Source: Heterodontus francisci (lineage: Eukaryota). From it: DNA of 64,000 nucleotides. How positions within the stretch are numbered: position 1 is the stretch's first letter; every line of letters begins with the position of its first letter. Where the stretch lies: the NCBI RefSeq assembly GCF_036365525.1, contig NC_090392.1:70619247-70683246 (forward strand), read 5' to 3'. This document shows positions 46,316-59,879 of this stretch, in pieces. The notes below the pieces were generated by a model, which searched no databases, had not been told where the DNA came from, and was given only the letters and a program-made list of their open reading frames with translations. The translations under genes were made by a program, and so were the position numbers.

Positions 46316-49229
46316 CACCACCTTCAACATATATATATACAGATATATGATCCATGGGGACTAGTTGAAGCAGAGGCAATTGCATATTTTAAGGAAAGCA
46401 TAGATAAACATTTGAAGCAAAGGAGGATGCAGGGCAGTGGGATTAGTTTTCGATTGCTCTAGTAAAGTGGTCCACAGACTCAATGGCTGAATGGCCTCCT
46501 CTCTGCTGTAAACTTCTGTGCACTGATACCTTAATTTGTTCCTACTTACTGCATCTTATCGTTGCCCGTCAGAACATATATCGGCACAATTAATTACTTT
46601 CAAGTGCAGTGACTACTGATGTGTTGGGAAATTCCTGTAGCTGATTTAATTGCAGCATGATCGCATGAACAGCAATGAGATAAATAACTAAATAATCTGT
46701 TCATTGGCAATGTTGGTTGAGAGAGGGCTGTTGGTCAAGACAGCAGGAAAATGCCCTGCACTTTGAATAATGATTGTGAGAATCTACCTAAATAGTTTAA
46801 CATCTCAGCCAAAAGATGGCACTCTGACTATGATGCACTGCAGTATCAGTCTAGGAACGCCCTTTGGCTGATTTTCTCTCACTGCTCCAGAATACCAACC
46901 TTACCGTCTTCACATAACAGATTTAATGTTCACTTGAACAGGCAGGCATCCAGTGTTCCTGCTGTAAGAGGCCGATTGAGTGAGATGCTGACAGGGCTAT
47001 TTTCTTTTGATAAGAGAAGGTAAGAAAATCATTTTGGGCAGAACCAGTAATCAGGGATAAGACAGAGTGGGCTTGAGTCTGCAAAGCTAAGCAGGTATTG
47101 ATAATTAGATCTAATTCATGAAGTCAAGAGTAGCATTGATAAGACTATATATAGGACTGGATCAGGAGCAAGGTTAATGACGTATGCAGCAGACATGCTG
47201 CTGGATAGCCTCCATAATTGTCTTGGGATTTGAGTGAAATCATTATTTAGATGGGGTATTTGGTATAGTGTGTCAGAGTTGGGTTCATGGGGGAGACTGT
47301 GAGCAGCCTCCCCAGGACAGAAGCAGAACTTTTGGGGGAATGGCAGGGCATAGGAAGTACTAAAAGAAATAGAAATGTAAGATTATATGGTCACAGATTG
47401 GCTGAGAGGCCTAAAGGGAGACAGGCCCATGGCCCAAATGGACCTGATATTGGTGAAATTGGTCACAACACTTTCCACTATTTTTTTAGGGAATCCTGAA
47501 TAGTGCTGGAGGATTGGAGAGTAGTTAATATAACGCCAAACCAATCTCTGGAAATAACAGGCCTAGTTTAGAACAGAAATTCTGCAGATGTGATATATTT
47601 AGATTGCAGCAATCCTTTTGAGAGGATGCTACCTCAGCCATTAATGCACAAGGTAGGAAGCTATGGAATAAAAGCAAGCTTCTGAAATGGACATGTTTGA
47701 CTAGACCAGAGAAAGCAAAGGTTGGTTGCAAAAAGGATCTTCATTAACATGCTGGGGGTCACTACCAGGCTGCCATTAGGATCAATGCTTTTTTGCAATG
47801 GATGTAGTTGACTTGGAGGTGGACTCAAAGGCAACATTGTTTCAGATTGCAGGCAACATCAAGTTGGGGGCAGGCGAAGGATTTCACACAATGGGAAACA
47901 TGCAAAGTGAATGCAAAAGGATTAGAATAATTTGGGAAAGTAGACTGGTGAATGGTAGATGGCATTTAATGATAACAAATGTAAGGTAATGAGGGTAGAG
48001 GAGAGAAATAAAATATAAATATGATGACAGGCTATAAAACACTAAGGAAAGGGGTCTGTGGTATTGGTACAAAGCTCACTGAAACCAACGGTGTAGTGTG
48101 TGGTGGTGATAAACTGGTTCTTAGGGTGTATACTCAGAGGGATAGAGCATAGAGTTGATAATGAATCTGTGCAAGACATTGGTATAATTATACTTGAACA
48201 ACTGTGTACAATTTTGGTGGTTATACTACAATATTCAGGCATTGGGAGCAGCACAGTAAAGATCAACCAAACATACAGCCTGTTTGAGGTATCTTATTTA
48301 CAAGTAGACATTAATGACATTTGGAGAAAAGGCTCTGAGGACATATTATTCAAATTGAATATTAAGGGTTTGGATATATTGAAACCAGGTATGCTGGAGA
48401 TTTCCAGGAACTTTAGAACAATGGAAAATTGTCTCAAAAACTTAGAAGAGGGAAGTTTGCATTTAACTATATTATACAGAAAGATGTGAACTTCTTCCTC
48501 ACCAGATCAAAATCCTGGAATTCCTGACCATCATCACACGGACTGCAGCTATTCAGGGAGAAGACCCACCACTACCACCTTCTCGGCAATTAAGGATGGG
48601 AATAGCTGTAACATTGCCAGTGCAGCCTACAGCTGGTGGAATGGATAGGGCAGTGAAATAATGTAGAAACTTGGGAGAATTGGATAGATATTAACGAGTG
48701 GGTGACTGCTTCAGTTTTATTTTTGTGGGGGTGGAATTGATCAGCTAGGCTGCATCATTTCCCCAAATTTTGTTCTTAAGATTTTGAGGATAAAGAATGC
48801 CATAATTTTCAGGTCCCAGGAAAGAATTTGAACCAGTCCATTAAGTCTTTAATACAACACAGTTAAAGTGTTCATAGCAGAACTACAATTAAATTGAAAG
48901 GAAAACACATAAATAAACGTGACAAATTATTTAAGGTAGAAGGTGAAATACAAAATGTAGAACTACCTTTTAGAGCGAAACAGGCATTTCTTTCTTCGAA
49001 CTACATATTGCTCCGGAGTCTTGGAGCAGCAGGATGTAACGGAAATCTCCCCCCACATAAAAAGGTATATTACAAAAGTAAAACAATCTGCATCAAAATA
49101 TTGATGAAAAGTCGTTGAAGTATTAGGGTAACAAAAGTAACGCGCAGAACATATTCTTGAAAATGGTTATGTGGCTGAAATTCAGCAACAGGAGGCATCA
49201 CAGTTCTTGTTCAAACGAGGGCACAGGTG

Positions 49230-49670
49230 CAGCAGCCACACGTGTAACGCGACCGCTCTTCTGTTGAGTGTAAATTTTGAGCCTCTCCGCCTGCCGTATT
49301 GGAGACGGGCTGAGCCTCGCCGGTTACCGTAGCCCGGCTGGCAAGCAATGGCCTCGAAGGTAAGGCACAGAGCCAGCGGCAAAGGAGGGAGACCGTCCCA
49401 GGATGGGAGCCTGCCTCCCGGGGGAGACAGCGGCCGGCCTCCCAGAGGGGAGAGCAAAGCGGAGGAGAGGAGCCCAGAAAGCAGGGAGGGGTGAGTAACA
49501 GAGAAGCTGCAGCCGGTTAACGGGGCCAGTGCACCGTCTGCAATCATGTCAACGCTTTGCAGTATTCACCTTGCTATTGAGCTGCTCCCCCACCACCGTG
49601 CCGGCGGCTGACTCTCTCCCCGGGGCCACACATCTGCAGGTGCGCTCAGTGCGCGTGCGCCAGTCACATT
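49230..49670 (+). promoter_or_regulatory. CpG island over the ALG9 promoter and exon 1
   Basis: Dense CpG and high GC around the ALG9 start codon. Confidence 0.65.
49348..49490 (+). CDS. ALG9: Alpha-1,2-mannosyltransferase ALG9, exon 1
   Basis: GCAATGG start; MASKVRHRASGKGG...ESRE(G); donor GGG|GTGAGT in phase 2, which fits exon 2. Human begins MASRGARQRLKG. Confidence 0.8.
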
Positions 49671-50385
49671 GCTACTTACATACATTCATTCATTCATTCA
49701 TTGTTACAATTCATTGTTACAATGTTTCTCTTTCACTCCAGAGATCCCCGTGCCTGCGGGGCACATTCCTCACTAAAGCAATTGTCCTTTTAAGTTCGAC
49801 ATATGTATTTAATATTGATATATATGTATCAGTAGGATTTTCTCGAAGGGTGAGATTGTCAGATTCGAGGAGATTTTTCTGGGTCTGCTGGGAAGCAGAA
49901 AATCCAAGACGCAGATCTGGGATAATTTCCCTTATTCTATCCAATTATGGCTACTGCCCTTTCCAATCTTGGGTTCTCTTTGCATTTTGCACTGTAGAAT
50001 ACTCGAAGGGTTGTTACAGGCCTGTCATGGCAATGGCCGTTGATGAGTGCAATTGAAAGTGATAAATGAGGCAAAGGCTATAATATTTGAAAAGGGAGAA
50101 AATAATAAAGTGGGGAGAAGGCTGCGGCATGTGATTAGTAAGTAACTCGAGTTAAATAGCTAACACTTGTCAGAGTGGGATGGAGCGATGGGTCTTCTCC
50201 CGTGTTTGGAATTTCTATGAATTAAAATCATAGGTTAATCCTCAATCTATATTGAATCATACTGGGACAGTACTAAGGGTGTGGTGACTGGCCTCAATAT
50301 CTTCCTGGGTGAAAGTGAGGAAAATCAGCCCTCAGTGCCGCCTTCAGGATGGATTGTACATGGGTGTTATGCTCCCAGTTCTACT

Positions 50386-51506
50386 TGTGATGGAGTCTGT
50401 GGTTGCAAAACTTGTTTTCTGTAGTCCCAACCTGAGAGGGGAAACTAGAATTGAAACGGAAACTGAAACAGAAGCTGGGGAAAAACCTCCAGGTTTCTGG
50501 GGAAACTGACACTGGTTGGAACCAGATAAAAGGAGACAGAGTTTTCCCCAGACCAGGCAGGAATGGAGCACTGGCAAGCAGAACAAAGTGAAGACTGAAT
50601 CCAGGAACTGTTTCTATTTTTATTTATTTTATTTAGACATACAGCACTGAAACAGGCCCTTCGGCCCACCGAGTCTGTGCCGACCATCAACCACCCATTT
50701 ATACTAATCCTACACTAATTCCATATTCCTACCACATCCCCACCTGTCCCTATATTTCCCTACCACCTACCTATACTAGGGGCAATTTATAATGGCCAAT
50801 TTACCTATCAACCTGCAAGTCTTTGGCATGTGGGAGGAAACCGGAGCACCCGGAGGAAACCCACGCAGACACAGGGAGAACTTGCAAACTCCACACAGGC
50901 AGTACCCAGAATTGAACCCGGGTCGCAAGAGCTGTGAGGCTGCGGTGCTAACCACTGCGCCGCCACTGTTGCTTAAAATAGCTGACTAACCAGACCCAGC
51001 TGTATAGTGTACAGGTTGTCACTGAAGGACTTGGATAAAGGAAAGACTGGTAAATCCATGCTATCGAGACTGTCGTGAGCAGACCTGAGGAGGATCTGGA
51101 GAAGTGTGCCTTGTGGTGAAGACTGCACCCTTGGAGTTCGGATTGAGAGGGAACTGCTGTTGGAAGAAGAACAGAGGCTAAATCCTTGAAGAGAGGAACT
51201 GAAAATCTACTTGAGGAACTTCAGAGTTCTGAAGAACTGTGTGACTGTAATTGTGACCATATATGCTGGATGGACTGACCAGTGAAACCATCTCTGTTGT
51301 ATCTGATAGTTAAGATATAATTTGTAATCTCGACCATGACCTGTCTCGCGTCATCTTTAATTTATGTTGGTTTTGGTTAGAGTGTTAAAGTAAAATCTAT
51401 AAAAGTGAAGTCTTGTCCATTTGTTTTTTGGTTTCCTAAATTGAGTTCAGTCAGTGAATACGTTTTTTTTTTGGATTTGTTGGTGGTCTCCACAGGGAGC
51501 CTAACA
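50386..51506 (+). mobile_element. Solo LTR interrupted by an HE1-like SINE
   Basis: TGT...ACA termini with 4-bp TSD TACT (50382-50385, 51507-51510); AGTAAA near 51388. Confidence 0.55.
50615..50966 (-). mobile_element. HE1-like V-SINE
   Basis: Same family as 20447-20781. Confidence 0.85.
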
Positions 51507-54500
51507 TACTCCTTTGGGTAAGGTACCAAAGGGTAGCTGCTTCCTATAGAATTATACTGCTGTTTTGAGTCGGCCCCTCGGGAGGGAATTGATCAGACAA
51601 AAAGAGTGTTATTGCATTGCGTGTTTGACCTTGCTAGGTGGAAATTGAAGGCCTTAACCTTTGATTCTAGAGGGGGGTGGGTCCAGAGCAAAACAAATCT
51701 AATAAATCTGGCATATTTGTTGGCATTAGATTTCCTGAGCGGATGGGTTGCTGACCCTGGTTGGATGTATTCCTGGAGGTTTCATCATCTGACGCCACCC
51801 CCAACCCCCGAGATGTCTGCACAGTCAAACAGCCTTCCAAAAGTAGTTTGTTGGCTTCCCTGCCCCTGCCCGCTTCTTGCTCTCTGGTAACTGTTTGCTA
51901 CAGGTTTCTGATTGAAATTGCTGATAGTTTTCATGCCAAGCTTACTTGCAAAGTTCAAATCATCACAAAGGTAGCTGTGTAGTTGTGGCTTATCGCTGCA
52001 CGCAGAAATTTACATGAATTATACATGGCCTGATATTGAAATATGACAGGAAGGGTGATGGTCAAAGCTTCTGTGTAATATTATTTGAATAACTAGGAAT
52101 TGAGCAAGAAAAGTTGATTTTAAGCTTTTAGAGAATATTCATCTGTCATAGGAAAGGAGGTGGGTGCGGGGAGGGGAAGGATAAGTAACTATGTAAATTT
52201 GTAAAGAAAGCTGAGTAAGCCACAATCTGAAGACTGCACAAGACTGTTCAGATGGGGTCAGTTATTCCTGTTTGTAGTAAGGATAATGCAACATGTTCGT
52301 GCATTTAGTAGCTACACCTGTTAGCTTAAAGAACAGGGGCTAAATGAAAAATGTACCACTGTGCTGCAGGTGAAGACGACAACAACAACTTGCACTTGTA
52401 TAGTGCCGTTAACATAGTAAAACGTTCAAAGGTGTTTGTTTTATGCACTTTGTCACGGAGAGGGGAGAGGTTGGACATGGGCCCTGGCCTGTGTTACGCT
52501 TGCTGTCATTGTGCTTTGGGGAGTACAAACTGGATAATTTTTCATAGAAAAATGTGAAGTTGCTTTCATCTCACCCCACCTAGGGGTTCAAGAGCAATGT
52601 TAACAAAGATTGCTTGCTCCCTCTTTCTGCTGTTGCATCGCCATTGTGCTAAATTACATTGCTCAAAAAGGCCTGTTCAAATAGTTTCTGAACAGATAGA
52701 ACAAAAATAATAAATTTTTTAAAAAGTCAGATTCCGAAACTTTCATATTTGATATTTTAATAGATTCACGGAAATTGCAACACCAGAGGCCATTCAGCCC
52801 ATCACGTCTATGGCAACTCTTCAACTGGAACCATTTTCCTCTAATTTCAATTCCCTGCATTTTTACATTCATTTTCAAAAAGTTATCTAATTTCCTCTTA
52901 AATATTAAGATCACCGCCTTCTGGTAAAACATTCTATCTTCCAATAACCCTTTAACATGCCCTTTTGTTCTTCTACTGATGATTCTTGGTCTACACCACC
53001 TTGTTCCCACTGGTTGACAAATGAGGAAAAAAATCATTTGCTAATTATCCTTTTAAAATCTTTTCATTTTTTTGTAAACCTCCAATAGATTCCCCATAAC
53101 CTTTTTTTATTGGAGTGAAAGTAGTCCCAATTTTTCAAACCTACTTTATAACGATAACCTCTCAGTCAGAAGAAATATTGCTCAGAACTAAGTATCTCTA
53201 GTCAACATCTGACATTAATACATGACCATGGAAGTGTTGGAATATTTTCAGTACATTAGAACAAATCTTAACCTGCATTCAATTCGTGAATGCCTGCTAT
53301 CGTGTCCTTAACAACAGTGAATGGCATGTTGTTTCCTTTCACAACCTGCTTAGGCTGAGGGAGGTAGCAAAAAGGAGAAATTGCCATGCCAATGGACTGG
53401 GATGGGATGTTAAACCAGACCGAATAGGTAGCTTTTGGGAAACCATGATCACAATGTAATTAGATTCAGTGTGAAAATAGGAAAGGATACTTTCCTGGAC
53501 GAAAAGCAAATTATAGAGAATTTTAAAAAGGGAACTTGCCCACATTAAATGGAGAAAAAATAGTCAGAACTGTAGGCCAGCAATGGGAAATATTTAAATA
53601 GGGGATGGAAAGGGTACAGAGCAAATACAGCCCAGCAAGGAAAAGAGTCAAAGGCTTGCTTTCTGTGGATGAATAGGGAGATTAGATCATGTTTGAAATG
53701 AGAAAAAGTAATTCACAGGCCAGATATTAACAGTGAAAGCTAAGGTCAAGGTAAAGAATGTAGGAAAGCTACAAAAAGAGATATTAGACTCAGAAGGAAT
53801 ACATGAAAGTTAGCAAAATTATTTAAAGGCAATAAAACTATTTCCTATAGATGCATTAGTATTAACAGGATAGTCAAATAAGAAAAATATTGGGGAGGAG
53901 ATACATCCTAAATTGGTTGAAAGCAAGATGAGCCATTTAATAAATAAAATAAATATTAGAGAGGTTATTTAAGCTAAAATGCTGGGGATGCATCCAAAGA
54001 TCATGAGGGAAATGGCAGTCCTAGCTAGCAGTTCTATTTTAAGGTTCTGTTGAAAGTGGATATGTGGCTGAGGATTGGAGAGTAGTTGATGCAAAAAGCT
54101 AAACCAGATACTGGCTTAATATTTTTGGTAAATGAATTGACCTATTTAGAGGAAGAACAAATAATTAGAAGTGCGCAACATGGATTTCAGGAAGAAAGTT
54201 GGTGCTTGACAAACCTGACAGTTCTTTATGGAGGGATCAGATGTGAAATACTTAAACTTTCAGGAAACCTTCTGACGAGGTACAACGTGGGAAACTATTG
54301 GAGAAGATTAAGAGTCATGCATTTGGTGGGGTGGCAGGACATTGTTTCTGCCTTTTGAATCAGTTTTTATTCCAGAGTAGGAGTTGAGGGGTTCAGTGGT
54401 TGCAACAGTGTTCCTTCCATTTAAAAGTGGAGACTATGCTATCTTCTGACGCTTGCCATTCCTGCACGGATACATTTTTCTCTCTCATTTAACCAAGTCA

Positions 54501-55347
54501 ACCTTGTCTCTGTATCCACCTTTTAGTGTGAGCCCAAACTGAGAGATACTAACCTTGACTTGTTGCTGTCAGTGATGCATTACAAGGACAGTGTTGTACC
54601 ATGAAGAGAATTCCACATGCCAATGTCGATGTGTGGCGCCTGGGAGGTTGAGACCGTCACATCTTAGTGACCCTGTTCAGATCCTTACTTGAGGTTTGTT
54701 ATCAACCTGATTGTAAAACAGTGCCTCGAATTTGTGACGGGAAAATAGCTGAGATTGTAAAGAAATCGCACGTAAACGAGATGTGAACAGCTGCTTCAAC
54801 TGCCTGAAATAGCACGCTTCATACAGTTTAAGCGGCGCCTTTATTAATGATGACTGTGGCATTTGCAACTGATCAGTGCCGTTTGCCTGATTATAGGCGG
54901 CTGCCTGGGATAAGCAGAACTTTAAGTGGTGGGGACTACTACTTGATTGGAGATGCTGTCCTTTGAATGAGATGTTAAAGTGAGACCATTTCTACTTGTT
55001 GAGATCCCTTGGTATTTGAAGAAGGGCGGGCAAGTCTCCCAGTATTTGAGCCAACATTTATCCCACAAAACAATGCCACTAAAAATAACTCAGTTGCTCA
55101 TTGATCTCAAATTAGTTGCCATATGTACCTCCATAAGAATCACTGCATTCCAATAAGTCATCCATTGTGTTAAGTGCTTTGAGTCATTTAATGTGATAAG
55201 GCATTATATTAACTACAGTCTTTTTGTTACCTTTCTAATAGTTTATTCCGTCTATGTTCCATACTAAATCCTGTCGTCCCTTTAATCTCTTAGTTTGTAC
55301 CCAGTCCACTTTATCTCCCCTTATCTTCGATATTTGCCCCTTTCCAG

Positions 55348-55486
55348 GCAAACAGGTGCTAAAGCAGGACAAGTGTGGGCACCCGAGGGTTCTACGGCCT
55401 TTAAATGTCTCATCTCTGCACGGTTCTGCGCAGCATTACTCAGTAACATTTCAGACTGCGATGAAACGTTCAACTATTGGGAGCCA
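55348..55486 (+). CDS. ALG9: ALG9, exon 2
   Basis: ttccag|QTGAKAGQVWAPEGSTAFKCLISARFCAALLSNISDCDETFNYWEP|gtaagt; includes the DCDE motif. Confidence 0.96.
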
Positions 55487-55749
55487 GTAAGTCTTTCGGA
55501 ATCCAGGTTTAGCGGTTGGAATGTGAGAGGCATTTGAAGTTGGTAACTCGTATGTTTTGTAATGCTATCATTTAGTTCAAGGGAACAAATGTGAAATTTC
55601 TTTTTAATAAATTAAATTGGTTGCAGAAATGTTAATAGTAGAAATGACTTTCCCCAATTAAATGCAGTGTTCAGTATTGTTTAATGCAAATTTCTTTCAG
55701 TACAGTAGGAGGTTCTTGAACCCTCGCTCAAGGGTGAGCTCCCCTTCTG

Positions 55750-56190
55750 GACATAGAATAACAACAGCACAGAAAGAGGTCAATCAGCCCATGTCCGTGC
55801 TGACTCTCTGTAAGAGCTACTCAGCTAGTCCCATTCTCCTACATTTTCTTTGTAACCCTGCAATTTTTTTCTCTTCAGTTAATTATCCAATTCCCTTTTG
55901 AAAGCCACAATTGAATGTGCCTCCACCCAACTCTCGGGCAGTGCATTCCAGATTCTAACCACTCGCTGTTGCCTCTGGTGCTTTGGCCAAACACCTCAAA
56001 TCAGTGTCCTGTGGTTCATGACCCTCCCACCAATGGGAACAGTTCCTCCCGATCTGCTCTGTCCAGACCTCATGATTTTAAACACCTCTATCAAATCTCC
56101 TCTCAACTTTCTCTTCTCTTAAGAGAACAGCCCTAGCTTCTCCAATCTATCCTTGCAACTGAAGTCTCTCATCCCTGGAACCATTCTCAT
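55750..56190 (-). mobile_element. CR1 3' fragment
   Basis: Similar to 1140-1600. Confidence 0.75.
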
Positions 56191-56653
56191 CCCACTTCTT
56201 AGTACATTATGGGGGCTGTGCATCACAGTGCGGCGTAAAGACATGGGTTGGCTTCCCACATGATTCCTGTTCTCAACAGGAGACCATAATAGTCAACACA
56301 CGGCTAGAGCGAGGGAGGAAAAGCCAGAAAAAGTGCACGGATGGGAGAGAAAAGCATACGAGACGTTTGCCTCGGAAATGATCTGTGGTAGCAGTAGATA
56401 GTTGGGACAAGGAAGGGAGCATAAAGAAAAGAATACCTGGGGTAATGCTATGACTGAATGTCGGCTGTGGTGACCTTTGGGAATACTGGCTAAACCAAGC
56501 ACTATAACAGGATTACAATTTATTTAATTTGCAATGGGGTAATTTTGTGTAAAGGGGAATAATCTTTTAAGAAGCGAAGGGAACCGGGAAACTGTCATCT
56601 ACAGCTGGTAAGTGATTAGTTTGGTGATTCACGTCTCTTATCTTTGTTCTCAG

Positions 56654-56788
56654 ACTCACTTTCTGCTGTATGGAACGGGATTTCAGACCTGGGAATATTC
56701 TCCAGTATATGCCATTCGGTCCTACGCTTATCTGTGGCTGCATGTTTTACCTGCTTGGTTCCACGCAAAAGTTTTGCAAACAAACAAG
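56654..56788 (+). CDS. ALG9: ALG9, exon 3
   Basis: ctcag|THFLLYGTGFQTWEYSPVYAIRSYAYLWLHVLPAWFHAKVLQTNK|gt. Confidence 0.96.
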
Positions 56789-56849
56789 GTGCTTTGTTAA
56801 TAAAAGGCTCTATGTGTGCAGCCTGATTGCTGGTCCACTAACCTATTGG

Positions 56850-57440
56850 TCCAAAGGAACATTAGGAGCAGGAGTTGGCCATTTAGACCCTCGAGCCTGA
56901 TCTGCCATTCAGTGAGATTATGACCCCTCAACTCCGTTTTCTGGTCTTTGCTCCATATCTCTTAATACCCTCGCCGAACAAAAATTTATCTCTCAGTTTT
57001 GAAATTTTCGATTAACCCTCCCAGCCTCAGCAACCTTTCTGGGGGAGCGAGTTCCGGATTTCCACTATTCTTTGTGTGAAGAAGTGCTTCCTGGCATCAT
57101 CCCTGTACGGCCTAGCTCTCATTTTTATGGTTATGCCCCCTTGTTCTGGTCTCTCCAAATAGAGGAAATAGTTTATTTCTACCCACTCTATCAATTCCTT
57201 TAACTGTCTTGAACACCTCAGTTGGATCTCCCCTTAATCTTCTTTATTCAAGGGAAAAACAAGACTAGTCCATGTAACCTGTCCTCTTAATTTAAGGCCT
57301 GATATCATTGTGGTGAATCTGTGCTACACCCCCTCCAAGGCCAATATATCCTCCCTGAGATGCGGTGTCCAAACTCTGTGCAGTTCTCCAGATAGGGTCT
57401 GTCTATAGGTTTGTGTAGCTGAAGCATAACTTCATCTCAG
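56850..57440 (-). mobile_element. CR1 3' fragment
   Basis: Similar to the 4833-5430 family. Confidence 0.7.
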
Positions 57441-58114
57441 TAGGTCCACTGTTTTCATTGATTATTTTGCTTTTTCTTGGGATGCTGACTGTTGGTTTCA
57501 TAAATGCCAGGAGACTGCCGCTGCATTGCCCAAGTGGCCACTTATTGTGTGTGAACCCATACAGTTTGTGTTGGCAGGCTATTCAACAATAGAGGGCATC
57601 ACACTTGAGCCAGTTCAATCCAGATATGTGCACTTTCCACCAGGTGTTACTGCATTATGATCAGAAGTGGTAACCCTGGTATATTCCTCCCTCTCCTTCC
57701 CAGTCCAAGCTCTGCTAGAGATCACTAACCCGGCATGGTATTTATTTACAGGTTTAACGGTTGTGGTACTGGGCTCGCAACCTGGAGGTGGTGTATTCAA
57801 ATCCCATCGTGGCAAATTGTGAGATAGAATTAAATAAATCTGGATGGGCACCAGGACAGAAGTGAGCATGAAAGTTGCAGGAGTGTTGGAAAAACTCAAC
57901 TGTTTTACTAATGTCCGTCAGATAGAGCCTTACCTAGTTTTGCCAACACTGTACGGTTGACTGTTAATATCCTTTACAGTGGTCTAATGAGGGTCCCTCA
58001 TATCTTGGCAATTAAAAAGTCAGGGAGTGATTTTAGGATCTGCTTGAGCCTATGACTCAGTACCAGACCATATGCTGCATTCACATCTTCTGGGGAGCTA
58101 GCCATTGTTTTTAA

Positions 58115-58650
58115 AATCATGAACTCTTGCAGCAAAGGAGGAGGCCATTCAGCCATCGTGCCTGTGCCAGCTCTTCAAAAGAACTATTGCACATTCCAAT
58201 AGCCTTGCAGATGTTTCCTTTTCAGTATCCAATTCCCTTTTAAAAATTATTATTGAGTCTGTTTCACGACCCTTTCAGGCAGTGCATTCCAGATCGTAAC
58301 AACTTGCTGCATTAAAAAAAAATTCTCCTCATCTCCTCTCTGGTTCTTTTGCCATTCACCTTACATCTGTGTCCTCTGGTTACTTACCCTCCTGCTAGTG
58401 GAAACAGAGCAAATAAAGAAAACTGTCAGAACCCCACATAATCTTGAACATCTCTATTAAATCTCCCCTTAACCTGCTCTGCTTTTAGAAGAACAATCCC
58501 AGCTTCTCTAGTCTCTCCAGTCTCTGAAGTCCTTTATCCCTGGTATCATTCAGGTAAATCTCCTCTGCACCTTCCGCAGTGCTTTGATATCCTTCCTAAG
58601 GTGTGGTGCCCAATGTTGGACTGAGTGGCTGAGGTCTAACCAGTGATTTA
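58115..58650 (-). mobile_element. CR1 3' fragment
   Basis: Similar to 1140-1700. Confidence 0.7.
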
Positions 58651-59093
58651 CATTATTCGATCTAACAAAATACTGATACAGAAATTGCTCTTTTTACCAC
58701 CCACACTGAAACATGTTTCTGCTTTCTGCCATTTTAAACAGGGTAGATTTAGCTCAAATTAGTTGCCCAGAAAGGTTAGGGTCTAGTGTGTTGTTACTTC
58801 CAAACATATAAAATCTTCTAACTTTAAACATGGGCATGTCTAGACTCGATCATGAGTTCATGCATATATTATTTTATTCATGTTCCAGCTTCACAGTAGC
58901 TAAACAAGGATGTCCAAGCTTTGCAAAGGAAGTGCGATATCAACTTTAAGGGAGTTTATAGAATTGCCATTAATTACATTATCATGAATATTCTAAAAAA
59001 GAACAGAGACTGTATTTTATAATTTCAGTTCAGTAATTGGTGTTTGACCTTGCAGCTCACCTCCATTTAATGCAAAGGTTTTTCTGTTTCCAG

Positions 59094-59164
59094 GTTCTTG
59101 TCTTCTATTTCTTACGATGCCTTTTAGCCTTTTTCTGCTGCGTTTGCGAGCTATATTTTTACAA
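59094..59164 (+). CDS. ALG9: ALG9, exon 4
   Basis: ttccag|VLVFYFLRCLLAFFCCVCELYFY(K)|gtaagt; 71 nt. Confidence 0.95.
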
Positions 59165-59879
59165 GTAAGTCAATGCAATTTATCTAATAGCCTATAGTGT
59201 TCCTATTTTGATAATTTTAAAAAAGAAATGCTAATGCTGGAAATTTGAACAGGAACAGGAAACACTGGAAAATATGCAGCAGGTAATTCAGCACTGATGA
59301 ACTAAAACCATAATGTTTTGAGTATAGAGCATTAGAATTGTTGTCCAATCTCACAAAAGTCCTGCACCCACAATATTAACCTATCCTTTCAGGTGCTGAT
59401 CGGACCTGTTGTCTATTTAGAGCATTTTCTGTAGCTTTTTTTTTAAACGAGCGTTTTAAAATAAGTTTAAAAATAGACCCTGTTCTTTTCTCCCCAGAAT
59501 CTTCAGTTGATGGCCTTTCATCAGATCAGTTCTGGCGGAAGGTCATTGACCTCAAACGTTAACTCTTGTTTCTCTCTCCACAGATGCTAGCAGACCTCCT
59601 GCGTGTTTCCAGAATTTTCTATCTTTATTTCAGATTTCCAGCATCAGGAGTATTTTGCTTTTGTGTTGACATGGAATTATTCCGACTGTGGGTGGAAGGG
59701 CAAGAATCTGTTATCCCATCTTTCCTTAGCTGGTCTAAAATAATCCTGGAGGAGTAACAGAACCCTGTAAACTTTAAATGATGAGAATTTGTAAAAAGTA
59801 TTTAATTTGACTGATTTTAAGCTGTATAATTGGATCATTATTCATTTTCATGTTAACCAGTCCTAGTTAAGGTGCAATG

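Noticed and set aside
49529-50056. 175-aa ORF in ALG9 intron 1
   Set aside because: GTG start, spans a (CATT)n microsatellite, no domain.
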